A stretch of 64,000 nt of DNA, taken from the IMG/VR virus record IMGVR_UViG_3300005337_000441, positions 124,001 to 188,000 of that record, one strand, 5' to 3'. The notes beneath the pieces were generated by a model, which saw only the letters and a program-made list of their open reading frames with translations, did not search any database and was not told where the DNA came from. Within the stretch, counting starts at the first letter, position 1; the number at the start of each line of letters is the position of its first letter. This document shows, one piece after another, positions 46,163 to 55,536 of the stretch. Position numbers and translations under genes: made by a program.

Positions 46163-48088
46163 ATGACCACGCTTCAAGTCAAAAGGGTCAACGCCGTACC
46201 CAACTCGCCCTACGATCCTTCGACGATCTATATCGTCAAGGCGGCGAACACACAGCTGGTGGAGTTGTATTTCACCAACGAAGGCGGCAGCACTCTGCGC
46301 CGTGTGTTGACCGAGGGTGATGTTGCTGCGCTCCTGTCGGCCGCCAGTGTGGCGTCTGCAGCCAAGCTCACCACGGCACGAACCATCAACGGTGTCTCTT
46401 TCGACGGCACCGCCAATATCACCATCAACGCGGTGGACTCTACGGCACGCATCGCCGTGAGTGAAAAGGGAATCCCCAACGGTGTTGCCACGCTTGACGG
46501 CAACAGCCAGGTGCCCCTCGCACAGATCAATACCCGTTTCGACAACATCGTCGAGGCGGCCAACCTCGCTTCTTTCCCGGTGTCGGGTTCGACCCTGAAG
46601 GTCTACGTCGCACTCAACACCAACCTGCTGTACCGCTGGGATGCTGGCACGACTGCCTACGTCGCCATCGGTGGCGGCACGCTGCCTGACATCATCACGG
46701 CTGGTGAATACCCGGTCGCCACGGTCAACTCCAAGGGTCTGGTGACCTCGGGTCGCAACCTGGTGGCGTCTGACATCCCGAACATCCCGGGCAGCAAGAT
46801 CAACAGCGCCATCAGCGTGGACACGAGCGGCAATGCTGCAACAGCCACCAATGCGACCAAACTCGCCACCGCACGCACCATCAACGGTGTGGCGTTCGAT
46901 GGCACGGCCAACATCACGATCAACGCCGTCGACTCGACTGCCCGCATCGCTTCGAGCGAGAAGGGTGTGGCCAACGGCGTCGCGACGCTGGACGCTACCG
47001 GCAAGGTCCCTGCAAGCCAACTGCCTTCCTACGTCGATGACGTGAAGGAGTACGCCAACTTCGCTGCACTGCCGGGCACGGGTGAGACGGACAAGATCTA
47101 CGTCACCCTCGACGACAACCGCACCTATCGCTGGGGTGGTTCGGCCTACGTTCGCGTCGGCGCCGATGCAGCAACTGCTGACACGGCTCTGAAGCTGACC
47201 AATGCCCGCACCATTGGTTTGTCGGGTGACGGCACCTGGAGCGTGAGCTTTGACGGCTCCGCCAACGCGAGTGCTGCTCTGGTCCTGGCCAACGTCAACG
47301 CGTCGCCTCAAGCGGACACCTTCCGTCGCTGGACGGTGAACGCCAAGGGTCTGGTCACGGCCAGCTCCGCAGTGGGTTCGGCTGACATCACCGGCGCACT
47401 GGGCTACTCGCCTGTGGATCGCGCTGGCGACACGATGACCGGTGACCTCACGGTCAACAAGGCCAGTGCCGCTGTCAAGCTCAACACCACGGCAGGCACG
47501 TTCGGTGCTGTCTCCTACTCCACCGCAGGCAATCTGCGCTGGGTCGTGGGCAAGGACGCCACAGCCGAAGGCGGCTCCAACGCTGGTTCGGACTACCGCA
47601 TCAACCGCTACAACGATGCTGGCGCGCTGCAGGACACTCCGGTGTTCATCAACCGCGCTTCGGGCTTCGTCGGCATCGGTCTGGGCTCGGCCACGGAACG
47701 TCTGACGGTGGGTGACCCCGCCAACGGTGTGGACGTGACGGTCGGCGTTCGTGCCAAGACAGCTGGCGGTGCCAGCACTCGTGCGCTCATCACGCAGGGT
47801 TCGGCCACCGGTTCGTTCAAGATCAAGGTCGACGCAGACGGCAACGGCAGCGAAGGTGCTTTCATCCTGGAAAACTCCACGGGTGAAATCCTGCGCACGC
47901 TGGCCACGCGTCAGGTCGTCATCGGCACCGCCGCTGCAACCGATGGCGCCAAGGTCACGGTCAACGGCACGGTCTCGGTCGCTACCGCAACGGCTTCCAC
48001 TCACGCGCCCAACCTGGCCCAAGTCCGGGCCATGATGGACGAAATCCTTCATCCTTTCCTGTTCATGGGGGTCACGAATGCCCAATAG
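46163..48088 (+). CDS. Tail fibre protein
   Basis: Two KL.TARTINGV.FDGTANI modules, LGYSPVDRAGDTMTGDL shaft motif. Confidence 0.88.
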   Translation: MTTLQVKRVNAVPNSPYDPSTIYIVKAANTQLVELYFTNEGGSTLRRVLTEGDVAALLSAASVASAAKLTTARTINGVSFDGTANITINAVDSTARIAVSEKGIPNGVATLDGNSQVPLAQINTRFDNIVEAANLASFPVSGSTLKVYVALNTNLLYRWDAGTTAYVAIGGGTLPDIITAGEYPVATVNSKGLVTSGRNLVASDIPNIPGSKINSAISVDTSGNAATATNATKLATARTINGVAFDGTANITINAVDSTARIASSEKGVANGVATLDATGKVPASQLPSYVDDVKEYANFAALPGTGETDKIYVTLDDNRTYRWGGSAYVRVGADAATADTALKLTNARTIGLSGDGTWSVSFDGSANASAALVLANVNASPQADTFRRWTVNAKGLVTASSAVGSADITGALGYSPVDRAGDTMTGDLTVNKASAAVKLNTTAGTFGAVSYSTAGNLRWVVGKDATAEGGSNAGSDYRINRYNDAGALQDTPVFINRASGFVGIGLGSATERLTVGDPANGVDVTVGVRAKTAGGASTRALITQGSATGSFKIKVDADGNGSEGAFILENSTGEILRTLATRQVVIGTAAATDGAKVTVNGTVSVATATASTHAPNLAQVRAMMDEILHPFLFMGVTNAQ

Positions 48089-48428
48089 TTACGTCATTGC
48101 TGGGCAGGCGGCCCCCGCAGCGAACACCGATGCAACGTTGTACACGGTGGGTGCCGGCAAGTCCTTCGCGGCTTCCTCACTCGCCGTGGTCAACCGCGAC
48201 AAGACGGTGGGTGCGGATGCCGCCGAGTTCCGCATCGCGATCGTCCCGAGTGGCGATACGCTCGCTGCGAAACACTACATCGAGTTCGACAAGTTCCTGG
48301 ACTTGCGAGAAAGCATCAAGCTCATCATGGGCATGACGCTTCCTGCGGGCTGCTCGGTCATCGTTCGCAGCTCGACAGCCAACCTGTCGTTCACGCTCTT
48401 CGGCGCTGAAATCACGCCGTCGTCTTGA
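48078..48428 (+). CDS. Small beta-rich virion protein
   Basis: Coupled to fibre gene; TLYTVGAG...SLAVVN pattern; resembles 49202. Confidence 0.7.
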   Translation: MPNSYVIAGQAAPAANTDATLYTVGAGKSFAASSLAVVNRDKTVGADAAEFRIAIVPSGDTLAAKHYIEFDKFLDLRESIKLIMGMTLPAGCSVIVRSSTANLSFTLFGAEITPSS

Positions 48429-48451
48429 TCCTTGTAGAAAGGAGATAGATC

Positions 48452-49072
48452 ATGGCAAAAATCAGTGCATATCCTCTTCGCCCCAATCTGACGGGGACGG
48501 AGGAAGTAGCTGTCGCCCTCAACGGGCAGAACTTCAAGTTCCAGCTCAGCCAACTCAAGACCCTGTTCACGAAAGCGGACGTGGGTCTGGGCAACGTCGA
48601 CAACACCGCCGACGCCGACAAGCCGGTCAGTGGCCCTCAAGCCCTGGCTCTTGCGGACAAGGCGGACAAGGTCCACGGGCACAAAATCGCAGACGTCGAG
48701 TTCTTGGGCGATGCCCTGAACAGCAAGTCCGATGTCGGTCACACGCACAGCAGTGCGGAGGTCGATGGTCTGGACCTGGCGCTCGCTGGCAAGTCCAATG
48801 TGGGTCACAACCACAACAGCGCTGACATCGCGGGCTTGGATCAAGCTCTTGCTGGCAAGGCTGATTCGGTCCATACGCACTCGCAAACCCAGATCGATGG
48901 TCTCACGGACACTCTGACGGGTCTGCAAACGCAGCTCACTCAGAAAGCCGGCGTGATTCACGTGCATAGCACCGGTGACATCAACGGTCTGCAAGCTTTC
49001 GTCGAACAAGTCGTGACTGACATGGGCGGCGCAGGTGGCGGTGACGTCGCAGTGGGCGCTCTGGACTGGTGA
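48452..49072 (+). CDS. Tail fibre protein with five HxH repeats
   Basis: AKISAYP N-terminus; VGLGNVDNTAD..KPVS; HGH/HTH/HNH/HTH/HVH repeats; ends ALDW. Confidence 0.85.
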   Translation: MAKISAYPLRPNLTGTEEVAVALNGQNFKFQLSQLKTLFTKADVGLGNVDNTADADKPVSGPQALALADKADKVHGHKIADVEFLGDALNSKSDVGHTHSSAEVDGLDLALAGKSNVGHNHNSADIAGLDQALAGKADSVHTHSQTQIDGLTDTLTGLQTQLTQKAGVIHVHSTGDINGLQAFVEQVVTDMGGAGGGDVAVGALDW

Positions 49073-49099
49073 GGTCTTCTCCTCGCGACACAGCAACAT

Positions 49100-49135
49100 G
49101 GCCAGACTGACCCCCGCAAGAGGGTCAGTCTGGCC
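49100..49135. terminator. Hairpin terminator
   Basis: GGCCAGACTGACCC-CCGCAAGA-GGGTCAGTCTGGCC. Confidence 0.75.
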
Positions 49136-49201
49136 TATTACCGACGGGTAGGCTTTCATCTAATCAAATGATGAAACATATTCTTTTCCAGGAGAAGACT
49201 G

Positions 49202-49534
49202 ATGGGAATCGTTAACGGCAGCTCTACGCTTGCCTCTACCAACACGACGTTGATCCAAACGGTCTCGCTCGCCTGCTATTGGGCGGAGATCGACGTCGAA
49301 GTGCTGAACCCCAATGGCACCGATGCCACGGTGGAAATCGCACTGTCCCCGAACAGCGCCTCGTCCCCCAATCCCGATGACTACATCGAGAAAGGTGGCG
49401 TCTGTGCGGCCAACGGTGGCAAGATCGAACACACCAACAAGAAGGTCATTCCGGGCACCAAGGTGTTCGTGAAGGGTCCTGTCGGCATGGTCGTTCAGAT
49501 CCGCGGCAAGACGGTCACGAAGCTGAACAGCTAA
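49202..49534 (+). CDS. Small beta-rich virion protein
   Basis: AGGAG RBS; similar size and pattern to 48078. Confidence 0.7.
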   Translation: MGIVNGSSTLASTNTTLIQTVSLACYWAEIDVEVLNPNGTDATVEIALSPNSASSPNPDDYIEKGGVCAANGGKIEHTNKKVIPGTKVFVKGPVGMVVQIRGKTVTKLNS

Positions 49535-49546
49535 AGGATCCACACG

Positions 49547-50533
49547 ATGCCCGCGCCGCTCATCCGCTATGCGCTGGATCCAACAGGTGTGAATCCCGAC
49601 AACGCGGTCTCTGGTGAGATCAAGACGTTGTCGATGGGCAACCAGGTGCGCGCCGCTGCGCCCACCTATGGTCCCTTCTTCGCGGAATCGATGGTGATCT
49701 ATGATCACGCGGTCAACCGACTCCTGGTGAAGGACGTCGATTACGCACTGTTGGATCTGGTCGAAGAGCCTTCGCGGCTCTACGCCAAAGAAATCATGCA
49801 GACCATTCTGGTGATCAACACGAATGTGTCGAACCAGATTCGCCTGAGCTATCAGGTCCTGGGTGGTCTGTACCAGAACAATTCCGAAGGTCTCATCGAG
49901 ATGTACGACACCATCATGAATGATGGTCGTCCTGTCGATTGGACCAACGTGATCAACACCCCGTCGGAGTACCCTCCGCAGCCTCACCTGCATGAAGTGC
50001 AGGACATCGCAGGCTGGGGTCCGGTCGTGGTGGCACTGGAGCGGATCCGTGCGGCAATCGTGCTGTCGAACATCCCGGCTTTCGAGTCGCTGATCGACTG
50101 GGTGAAGGCGTATGCCAGTCCTTCTGTCATCTTCGACCCCACGGTCGTGCAGATGAACGCGGGACAGTCGCAGACGTTCAACATCACGACGAGCAACCGT
50201 GACAATGGCACGGAGCTCTTCTGGACGATCCAGCATCACGGCACTTCGGACCTCAACTTCGAACAGGTGTCGGGCAGCTTCGTGCTGTTCCAAAACCGCA
50301 GCAGCTTCACGATCAACCTGTCGGATCTGCCTCCGAACACGAATCGGACGTTTGACGTCTTGATCCGTGCGGACAGCGTGACCGGTGGTGTGCTCACCAA
50401 GATCGAAGGCATCATCTACATCGGCAACACGTTCTCTCCGGCGAACATGTTCGACTTGCTGACGGCCTGCTGCCTGTACGAGGACGGCATGCCGCCCACG
50501 GTCGAGAGCATGTACGTCATTGGCAAAGGGTAA
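49547..50533 (+). CDS. Virion tail/baseplate protein with Ig/Calx-beta-like C-terminal domain
   Basis: RYALDPTGVNPDN, YGPFFAES, LSYQVLGG N-terminal pattern recalled from phiKZ-like tail proteins. Confidence 0.65.
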   Translation: MPAPLIRYALDPTGVNPDNAVSGEIKTLSMGNQVRAAAPTYGPFFAESMVIYDHAVNRLLVKDVDYALLDLVEEPSRLYAKEIMQTILVINTNVSNQIRLSYQVLGGLYQNNSEGLIEMYDTIMNDGRPVDWTNVINTPSEYPPQPHLHEVQDIAGWGPVVVALERIRAAIVLSNIPAFESLIDWVKAYASPSVIFDPTVVQMNAGQSQTFNITTSNRDNGTELFWTIQHHGTSDLNFEQVSGSFVLFQNRSSFTINLSDLPPNTNRTFDVLIRADSVTGGVLTKIEGIIYIGNTFSPANMFDLLTACCLYEDGMPPTVESMYVIGKG

Positions 50534-50536
50534 TCC

Positions 50537-52351
50537 ATGCGCATCAATTCCTCTCCAAGCGCTGGTTCGACCATCGTGGACAAGCTCAAGATCTACGAGG
50601 GTGGCACGGGCGCGGCAGATGCTGCGGCGGCTCGAACCGCGTTTGGCCTTGTGGCTTCGGCAGACTCCAACCAGGCCAACGGTCACGCCGGCCTGGACGG
50701 TAACGGTCTGCTGAGTGCCTCGGTGATCCCCGATGACGGGGCTGCGCCGATCAGCCTGCAAGGTCCCACGTCGGCGATCGTCAACCGGACGATCTCCTTC
50801 ACGATCACCAACTACGACATCTTCACGGCTTACAGCATCAGCGCCACGCTGGGCACGGTCGTGCAAGACAAGTCCACGCTGTACTACACCGCAGGCGCCA
50901 CGCCGGGTGCAGGCACGATCGTCATCAATGGTCGCACGGTGAACGTGACGGTGCAGGGTGTTCAGCCTGTGGCGCCCACGTTGTCTGGCAACGACAATGG
51001 TGGTACGTCCACCAACGTCGTGGTCAACGGCATGACGTCGGCGTTCGCGATGAATACGACGAGTGCCAACACGCACCTGAACAGTGACTGGCAACTCGCC
51101 TCGGACATCAACTTCACGACCATCGTTCAGCAATCGCTGGCCGATGCAACGAACAAGCTGGGCTGGACGGCTGGCAGTCTTGCGACTTCCACGACGTACT
51201 ACCTGCGTGCCCGTCACCGTGACAACACTGGCGCTGTCAGCGACTGGTCCAACACGGTGACCGTGACCACCAAGGCAACCTTCTACATCCAGACGGAAGA
51301 AGCACGTCTGGTTCCGGCCAATCCGAGCGGCAGCGTGACCCAATACGGTTTCACGGTGGCCATCGACGGTACGGGCCAACGTGTGGCTGTCAGTCACATG
51401 AACGGCGCTCAGACGAGCTGCGTGGTCTATGTCTTCGTTCGCAGCGGTTCGACCTGGACGCTGGAGCAAACGCTCACCGACGCACAGAACAACTTCGGTC
51501 AAAAGGGCATCTCGATGACCTCGGCCGGTGACAAGCTGTTGGCTGCCGGTACGTCGCAGTGCTACCTCTATACGCGTTCGGGTTCCACCTGGACGAAACA
51601 AGGGGCAATCTCCCAGTGGACGGGTTACTACTTCGACACCTGCTGCATCTCGCCGGATGGCACGCGCGCGGCGATCACCGCACACGTGGACGTGTCGCCG
51701 TTCGACGGCTCGACACGAACCTATACGGTGGGTGCGACGTCGCTGACCTTCGAAGCGACGCTGACCAATCCGCAAAACACGACCAACAGCTGGTACGGTA
51801 TCGAGCTCTCGATGAGCACGGACGCCACGTACCTGTTGAGCAAGGTGGGTAACAGCGCTTCCGGAGGCACGGTGGGCGCAAACGTCTTCCTGCGCACCGG
51901 CACGTCCTGGGCACATCAGCAGTACCTGGACTTCGGCCAGGCTAGTGACTCGGGTTCGGGCTCCGCAGCACTGAACGGCACGGGCGACCGTGCGGTGGTT
52001 GTGGTGAAGTCGGGTGCCAGCACTTACGCTGTCGTGGTGTGGAAACGCACCAACACCACCTGGGCGCAAGAACAAACGCTCATCAGCAACGCATCTGTCG
52101 GTACGTCGAAAGTGCGGATCAATTCCGCGGGCGATGAGATCGCACACGCCACTGCCAACGGTGCTGCCATCTACACCCGAGCCAACACGACTTGGACACT
52201 CAGGACCACGTTGACCTACAGCGTCACTGCTGACAAGGCGATCACGGCTCTGGCACTGTCCGCTGACGGTACCCGTCTGATCAACTCGAACTACACGGCC
52301 ACTGTCAACGCTGTCTCTTCGGCGGGTGTTGCCTACATCCACACTTCCTGA
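50537..52351 (+). CDS. Tail adhesin/spike: FN3-like domain plus beta-propeller
   Basis: TTYYLRARHRD..SDWSN FN3 motif; repeated YVFVRSGSTWT/FGxxVxIxxxG blades. Confidence 0.75.
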   Translation: MRINSSPSAGSTIVDKLKIYEGGTGAADAAAARTAFGLVASADSNQANGHAGLDGNGLLSASVIPDDGAAPISLQGPTSAIVNRTISFTITNYDIFTAYSISATLGTVVQDKSTLYYTAGATPGAGTIVINGRTVNVTVQGVQPVAPTLSGNDNGGTSTNVVVNGMTSAFAMNTTSANTHLNSDWQLASDINFTTIVQQSLADATNKLGWTAGSLATSTTYYLRARHRDNTGAVSDWSNTVTVTTKATFYIQTEEARLVPANPSGSVTQYGFTVAIDGTGQRVAVSHMNGAQTSCVVYVFVRSGSTWTLEQTLTDAQNNFGQKGISMTSAGDKLLAAGTSQCYLYTRSGSTWTKQGAISQWTGYYFDTCCISPDGTRAAITAHVDVSPFDGSTRTYTVGATSLTFEATLTNPQNTTNSWYGIELSMSTDATYLLSKVGNSASGGTVGANVFLRTGTSWAHQQYLDFGQASDSGSGSAALNGTGDRAVVVVKSGASTYAVVVWKRTNTTWAQEQTLISNASVGTSKVRINSAGDEIAHATANGAAIYTRANTTWTLRTTLTYSVTADKAITALALSADGTRLINSNYTATVNAVSSAGVAYIHTS

Positions 52352-52380
52352 TCACTTTTCCCCTCACAAGGAATTTTCCC

Positions 52381-52998
52381 ATGTCCGATGCAAACGACAA
52401 GATCTACGCCCGCGTTGTCGACGACGAAGTCGCCGAGTACCCGGTGCTGCCCCTGCACATCACCAACCGCGGCCATCCCCTGGACTGGTATGTCGAGGTG
52501 ACCTTCGACAAGAAGCCCGACGTGCCCGAGTTCCACTGGCTCCAGGAAACCCTGACGGTCTCTCGCAGCCTGTCCACCGGTCAACTGCGCGTGCGCGCCA
52601 GCTACACGGTCGTGCCCGAGACGCTGGCCGCTCTGCTCAACACCCTGCGCCTGCCGGGTGAGACGCCGGGCACGCTCAGCGACACGCCCATGTCCATCGC
52701 CGACGTGCCGCCGGCCAAGGTCCAGCGCATCGCGCATCTCGCCACGTACTACGCGGACGAGAAGCTCCACGCCTGGGTGCAGACCCGCAACTACGACAGC
52801 ATCACGTCGGCCGCCTCCTATCGCGGCTCGTCGGTGGGCAACTTCAACGCCGAAGGCACCCGTGCTTTCGAAGTGCGTGACCAGACCTGGCAAGCGCTGT
52901 ACGACTATCTGGGCAAGGTCATGACCGCGCAGCTGCCGGTGCCGATCCGCCTGGAAGACATCGACGCGATCCTGCCGCCGATGACCTGGGCGTCCTGA
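52381..52998 (+). CDS. Tail fibre assembly chaperone (DUF4376-like)
   Basis: RNYDSITSAASY...FNAEG...RDQTW...LPPMTW. Confidence 0.8.
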   Translation: MSDANDKIYARVVDDEVAEYPVLPLHITNRGHPLDWYVEVTFDKKPDVPEFHWLQETLTVSRSLSTGQLRVRASYTVVPETLAALLNTLRLPGETPGTLSDTPMSIADVPPAKVQRIAHLATYYADEKLHAWVQTRNYDSITSAASYRGSSVGNFNAEGTRAFEVRDQTWQALYDYLGKVMTAQLPVPIRLEDIDAILPPMTWAS

Positions 52999-53014
52999 CC
53001 CACACCTCAACGTG

Positions 53015-53050
53015 CCCAGGACTCTGAGAAGAGTCCTGGGTGCTTTGTCT
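53015..53050 (+). terminator. Hairpin terminator
   Basis: CCCAGGACTCT-GAGA-AGAGTCCTGGG then TGCTTTGTCT. Confidence 0.75.
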
Positions 53051-53076
53051 GATACCTCGTTTTCCGGAGTTCCTAC

Positions 53077-55059
53077 ATGCCACGTACGAACAGTTCTCCG
53101 AGCGCGGGCAGCACTGTGGTCGACAAGCTCAAGTCCTACGAAGGTGGGACGGGCCAGACGACCGCGAGCGCAGCTCTTGCCGCTCTTGGAGGTGTGCCTG
53201 CCTCCAGCATCAACCAAGCCAACGGTGTGGCCGGTCTCGATGCGAACCAAAAGCTCTCGGCAGCCGTGCTGCCCGCAGACAACATCAGTGTCGTGAGCGC
53301 ACAAGGCCCGACGACTCTGGTCAAGGGTTTCGTGGGTTATTACACCATCACGAACTACGACGCGTTCGCCAACTATTCGCTCACGGCCATCTCTGGCACC
53401 GTGTCGCGTGCAGGTGCGCTGATCACGTACACGGCGCCGAGCTCTCCTGGTGCGGGTGGCTTCACCCTTGCTGGTCGCGCTTTCAACGTCACGGTCACGG
53501 ACTTCGCGCCTGTGACGCCGACGCTGGCCGCCACGGACACCGGCAACGGTGCAGGTACGGCGATGATCCGTGCTCAGGGTAACGCCTTCTCGATGCAAGG
53601 CAACTCGGACACGCACCTGAACACCGACTGGCAAGTGGCCAGCGACGCCAACTTCAGCAGCATCGTGCTGCAATCGCTGGCGGATGCGTCCAACAAGACG
53701 GCCTGGAACGCTACGCCGGTGAACCTGTCGACGACGTACTACGTGCGTTGCCGTTATCGTTCGAGTGGCAACTTCGTCAGCCAGTGGTCCAACACCGTCA
53801 CGGTCACGACCAAGGCTGCGTACAACATCAACACCGAGATCTCGGCGTTCTCCAGCCCCAGTCCCGTGGCACAAGAGCAGTTCGGTGTCGGTTGTTCGCT
53901 GTCTGGCGACGGCAACCGTCTGGCGGTCGGTTCGATGGACGGCAACAATAACATCGGTGCGGTCTACGTCTACGTGCGCAATGGCTCGACCTGGTCACTG
54001 GAACAAAAGATCTCCAGTCCCTACAGCCCTGCAAGCAACTGGTTCGGTTTCTCCACGGCGCTGGATGACACCGGCACCCGCATGATGGTGGGTGTGCCGT
54101 ATGGCAAGGTCAATTCGGGCGGCTACAACACAGGCGGCAACGTTCTCGTGTACCTGCGTACCGGTAGCACCTGGGCGCTGGAAGCCACGCTGCAGGTGAC
54201 CAACTTTGGCGGTCTGGAGACTTTCAACCAGGCCCTGGGTTGGTGTGTGGCGTGCGATTCCGACGCCACGCGAATCATCGCTGGCTCTCCGCTCGCCTAT
54301 ATCGACAGTTCGAACTCTGTCGGAGGATTCTATATCTTCAAACGCACGGGTACCAGCTGGGCCGTGGAGAAGCAAAAGTTCTCCGACACCGCCCAGGCTA
54401 ATTCTCAATTCGGCAACGCAGTGACCATCAGTCCCGATGGTTCTCGGGTTGCGGTGGGATGTCCTCGCTACGGCACGGACCATGGTTCGGTGTGTATCTA
54501 CGTGCGCTCCGGAACCAGCTGGGCTCAGGAAGGCAGTACCATCATCGGGAGCACTGCCAACACCGCCATCGGTACGTCGGTGAGGATCGACTCCACGGGC
54601 ACGCGCCTGATCATCGGTGGTCCGTACTACCCCACCGGAAGCGCTGGCGGTGTGGCATACATCTACCTGCGCACCGGCAGCGCCTGGGCGCTGGAAGCCA
54701 CGCTGACTTACAACCCCTCTGGAACGGGTGCCCTGTTTGGCAAACGGGTGCACATCAACGCCGCTGGCAACAAAGCCTACATCGTCAGCGAGAACGTCGT
54801 GAACGCGCGAGTGAGCGGTACCATTTCGGTGTACACCCGCTCTGGCACCACGTGGAGTTTTAGCTACAAGTTCACGCCCGCCTCCCCGGCCGGCAACGAC
54901 ATCATCTCCAACTTTGGCGGTATTGCCAACTCCAACGGCACGGATGCTTTTTCCGTCAACAAAGATGAAAACACCCTCGCCATTGGCAGCTATGCTTCCA
55001 CTGCGGGCAACAACACCATCGCCAACTGCGGCAAGGTCAACGTCTTCGTGGCGACCTGA
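53077..55059 (+). CDS. Tail adhesin/spike paralog: FN3-like plus FG-GAP beta-propeller
   Basis: N-terminus nearly identical to 50537 (NSSPSAGST.VDKLK.YEGGTG); FG..x..DG.RLAVG..G.VYVY.R.G.TW repeats. Confidence 0.8.
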   Translation: MPRTNSSPSAGSTVVDKLKSYEGGTGQTTASAALAALGGVPASSINQANGVAGLDANQKLSAAVLPADNISVVSAQGPTTLVKGFVGYYTITNYDAFANYSLTAISGTVSRAGALITYTAPSSPGAGGFTLAGRAFNVTVTDFAPVTPTLAATDTGNGAGTAMIRAQGNAFSMQGNSDTHLNTDWQVASDANFSSIVLQSLADASNKTAWNATPVNLSTTYYVRCRYRSSGNFVSQWSNTVTVTTKAAYNINTEISAFSSPSPVAQEQFGVGCSLSGDGNRLAVGSMDGNNNIGAVYVYVRNGSTWSLEQKISSPYSPASNWFGFSTALDDTGTRMMVGVPYGKVNSGGYNTGGNVLVYLRTGSTWALEATLQVTNFGGLETFNQALGWCVACDSDATRIIAGSPLAYIDSSNSVGGFYIFKRTGTSWAVEKQKFSDTAQANSQFGNAVTISPDGSRVAVGCPRYGTDHGSVCIYVRSGTSWAQEGSTIIGSTANTAIGTSVRIDSTGTRLIIGGPYYPTGSAGGVAYIYLRTGSAWALEATLTYNPSGTGALFGKRVHINAAGNKAYIVSENVVNARVSGTISVYTRSGTTWSFSYKFTPASPAGNDIISNFGGIANSNGTDAFSVNKDENTLAIGSYASTAGNNTIANCGKVNVFVAT

Positions 55060-55091
55060 TCTGACACCATCCAGACAACAAGGAACTCAAC

Positions 55092-55493
55092 ATGGATGAA
55101 ACTCAAAATCAACCTTCGGGTCAACCTCCCGCCCACAAGAAGCGCCGCTGGCGTGAGAAGGGCAAGCTGAAGCCGCGCTTTCGCTTCACCTTCATCTGGA
55201 TCATCGGTCTCATCGTCCTGCTGGGTTCCCTGGCCACGGACCCTGACACCGGCCTGATCCGCTCGCTGCCGTTCGGCGCTGGCACGGTCGCGACCTTCGT
55301 GATCATGACCCGTGCCATCTGGTACATCTCGCTGCTGCACTTCGCCCGCAAGGGTCTCATGGACTACTTCGATCTCGAAGAAGCCTGGGAGATCTGCAAG
55401 AACGATCCGAAGGCTGCGGGCCTGTACAGCATCGGTGCGGGCCTGTACACGATCGGCATGGCGATTGCCATCTGGGCGGCGGTGACGCACTAG
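55092..55493 (+). CDS. Putative holin
   Basis: Basic N-terminus, three hydrophobic segments, directly upstream of endolysin. Confidence 0.65.
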   Translation: MDETQNQPSGQPPAHKKRRWREKGKLKPRFRFTFIWIIGLIVLLGSLATDPDTGLIRSLPFGAGTVATFVIMTRAIWYISLLHFARKGLMDYFDLEEAWEICKNDPKAAGLYSIGAGLYTIGMAIAIWAAVTH

Positions 55494-55536
55494 CGTGACG
55501 AGGAGGGGAGAGTGGTGGCTCTCCCCTTCATCCATC

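Noticed and set aside
998-54753. Many long antisense or off-frame ORFs in the track (e.g. 998-2077, 8813-10594, 44394-46151, 49160-52342)
   Set aside because: They mirror real genes with strong C-ending codon bias, which suppresses stops on the opposite strand; translations are rich in V/D/L/R/H with no motifs or RBS
44976-55059. Diversity-generating retroelement or invertible fibre cassette
   Set aside because: Repeats differ mostly at synonymous positions rather than adenine-specific sites; no reverse transcriptase, invertase or inverted recombination sites visible
55423-55460. Short direct repeat GCGGGCCTGTACA in the holin
   Set aside because: Explained by the peptide repeat AGLY(S/T)IG within a TM helix
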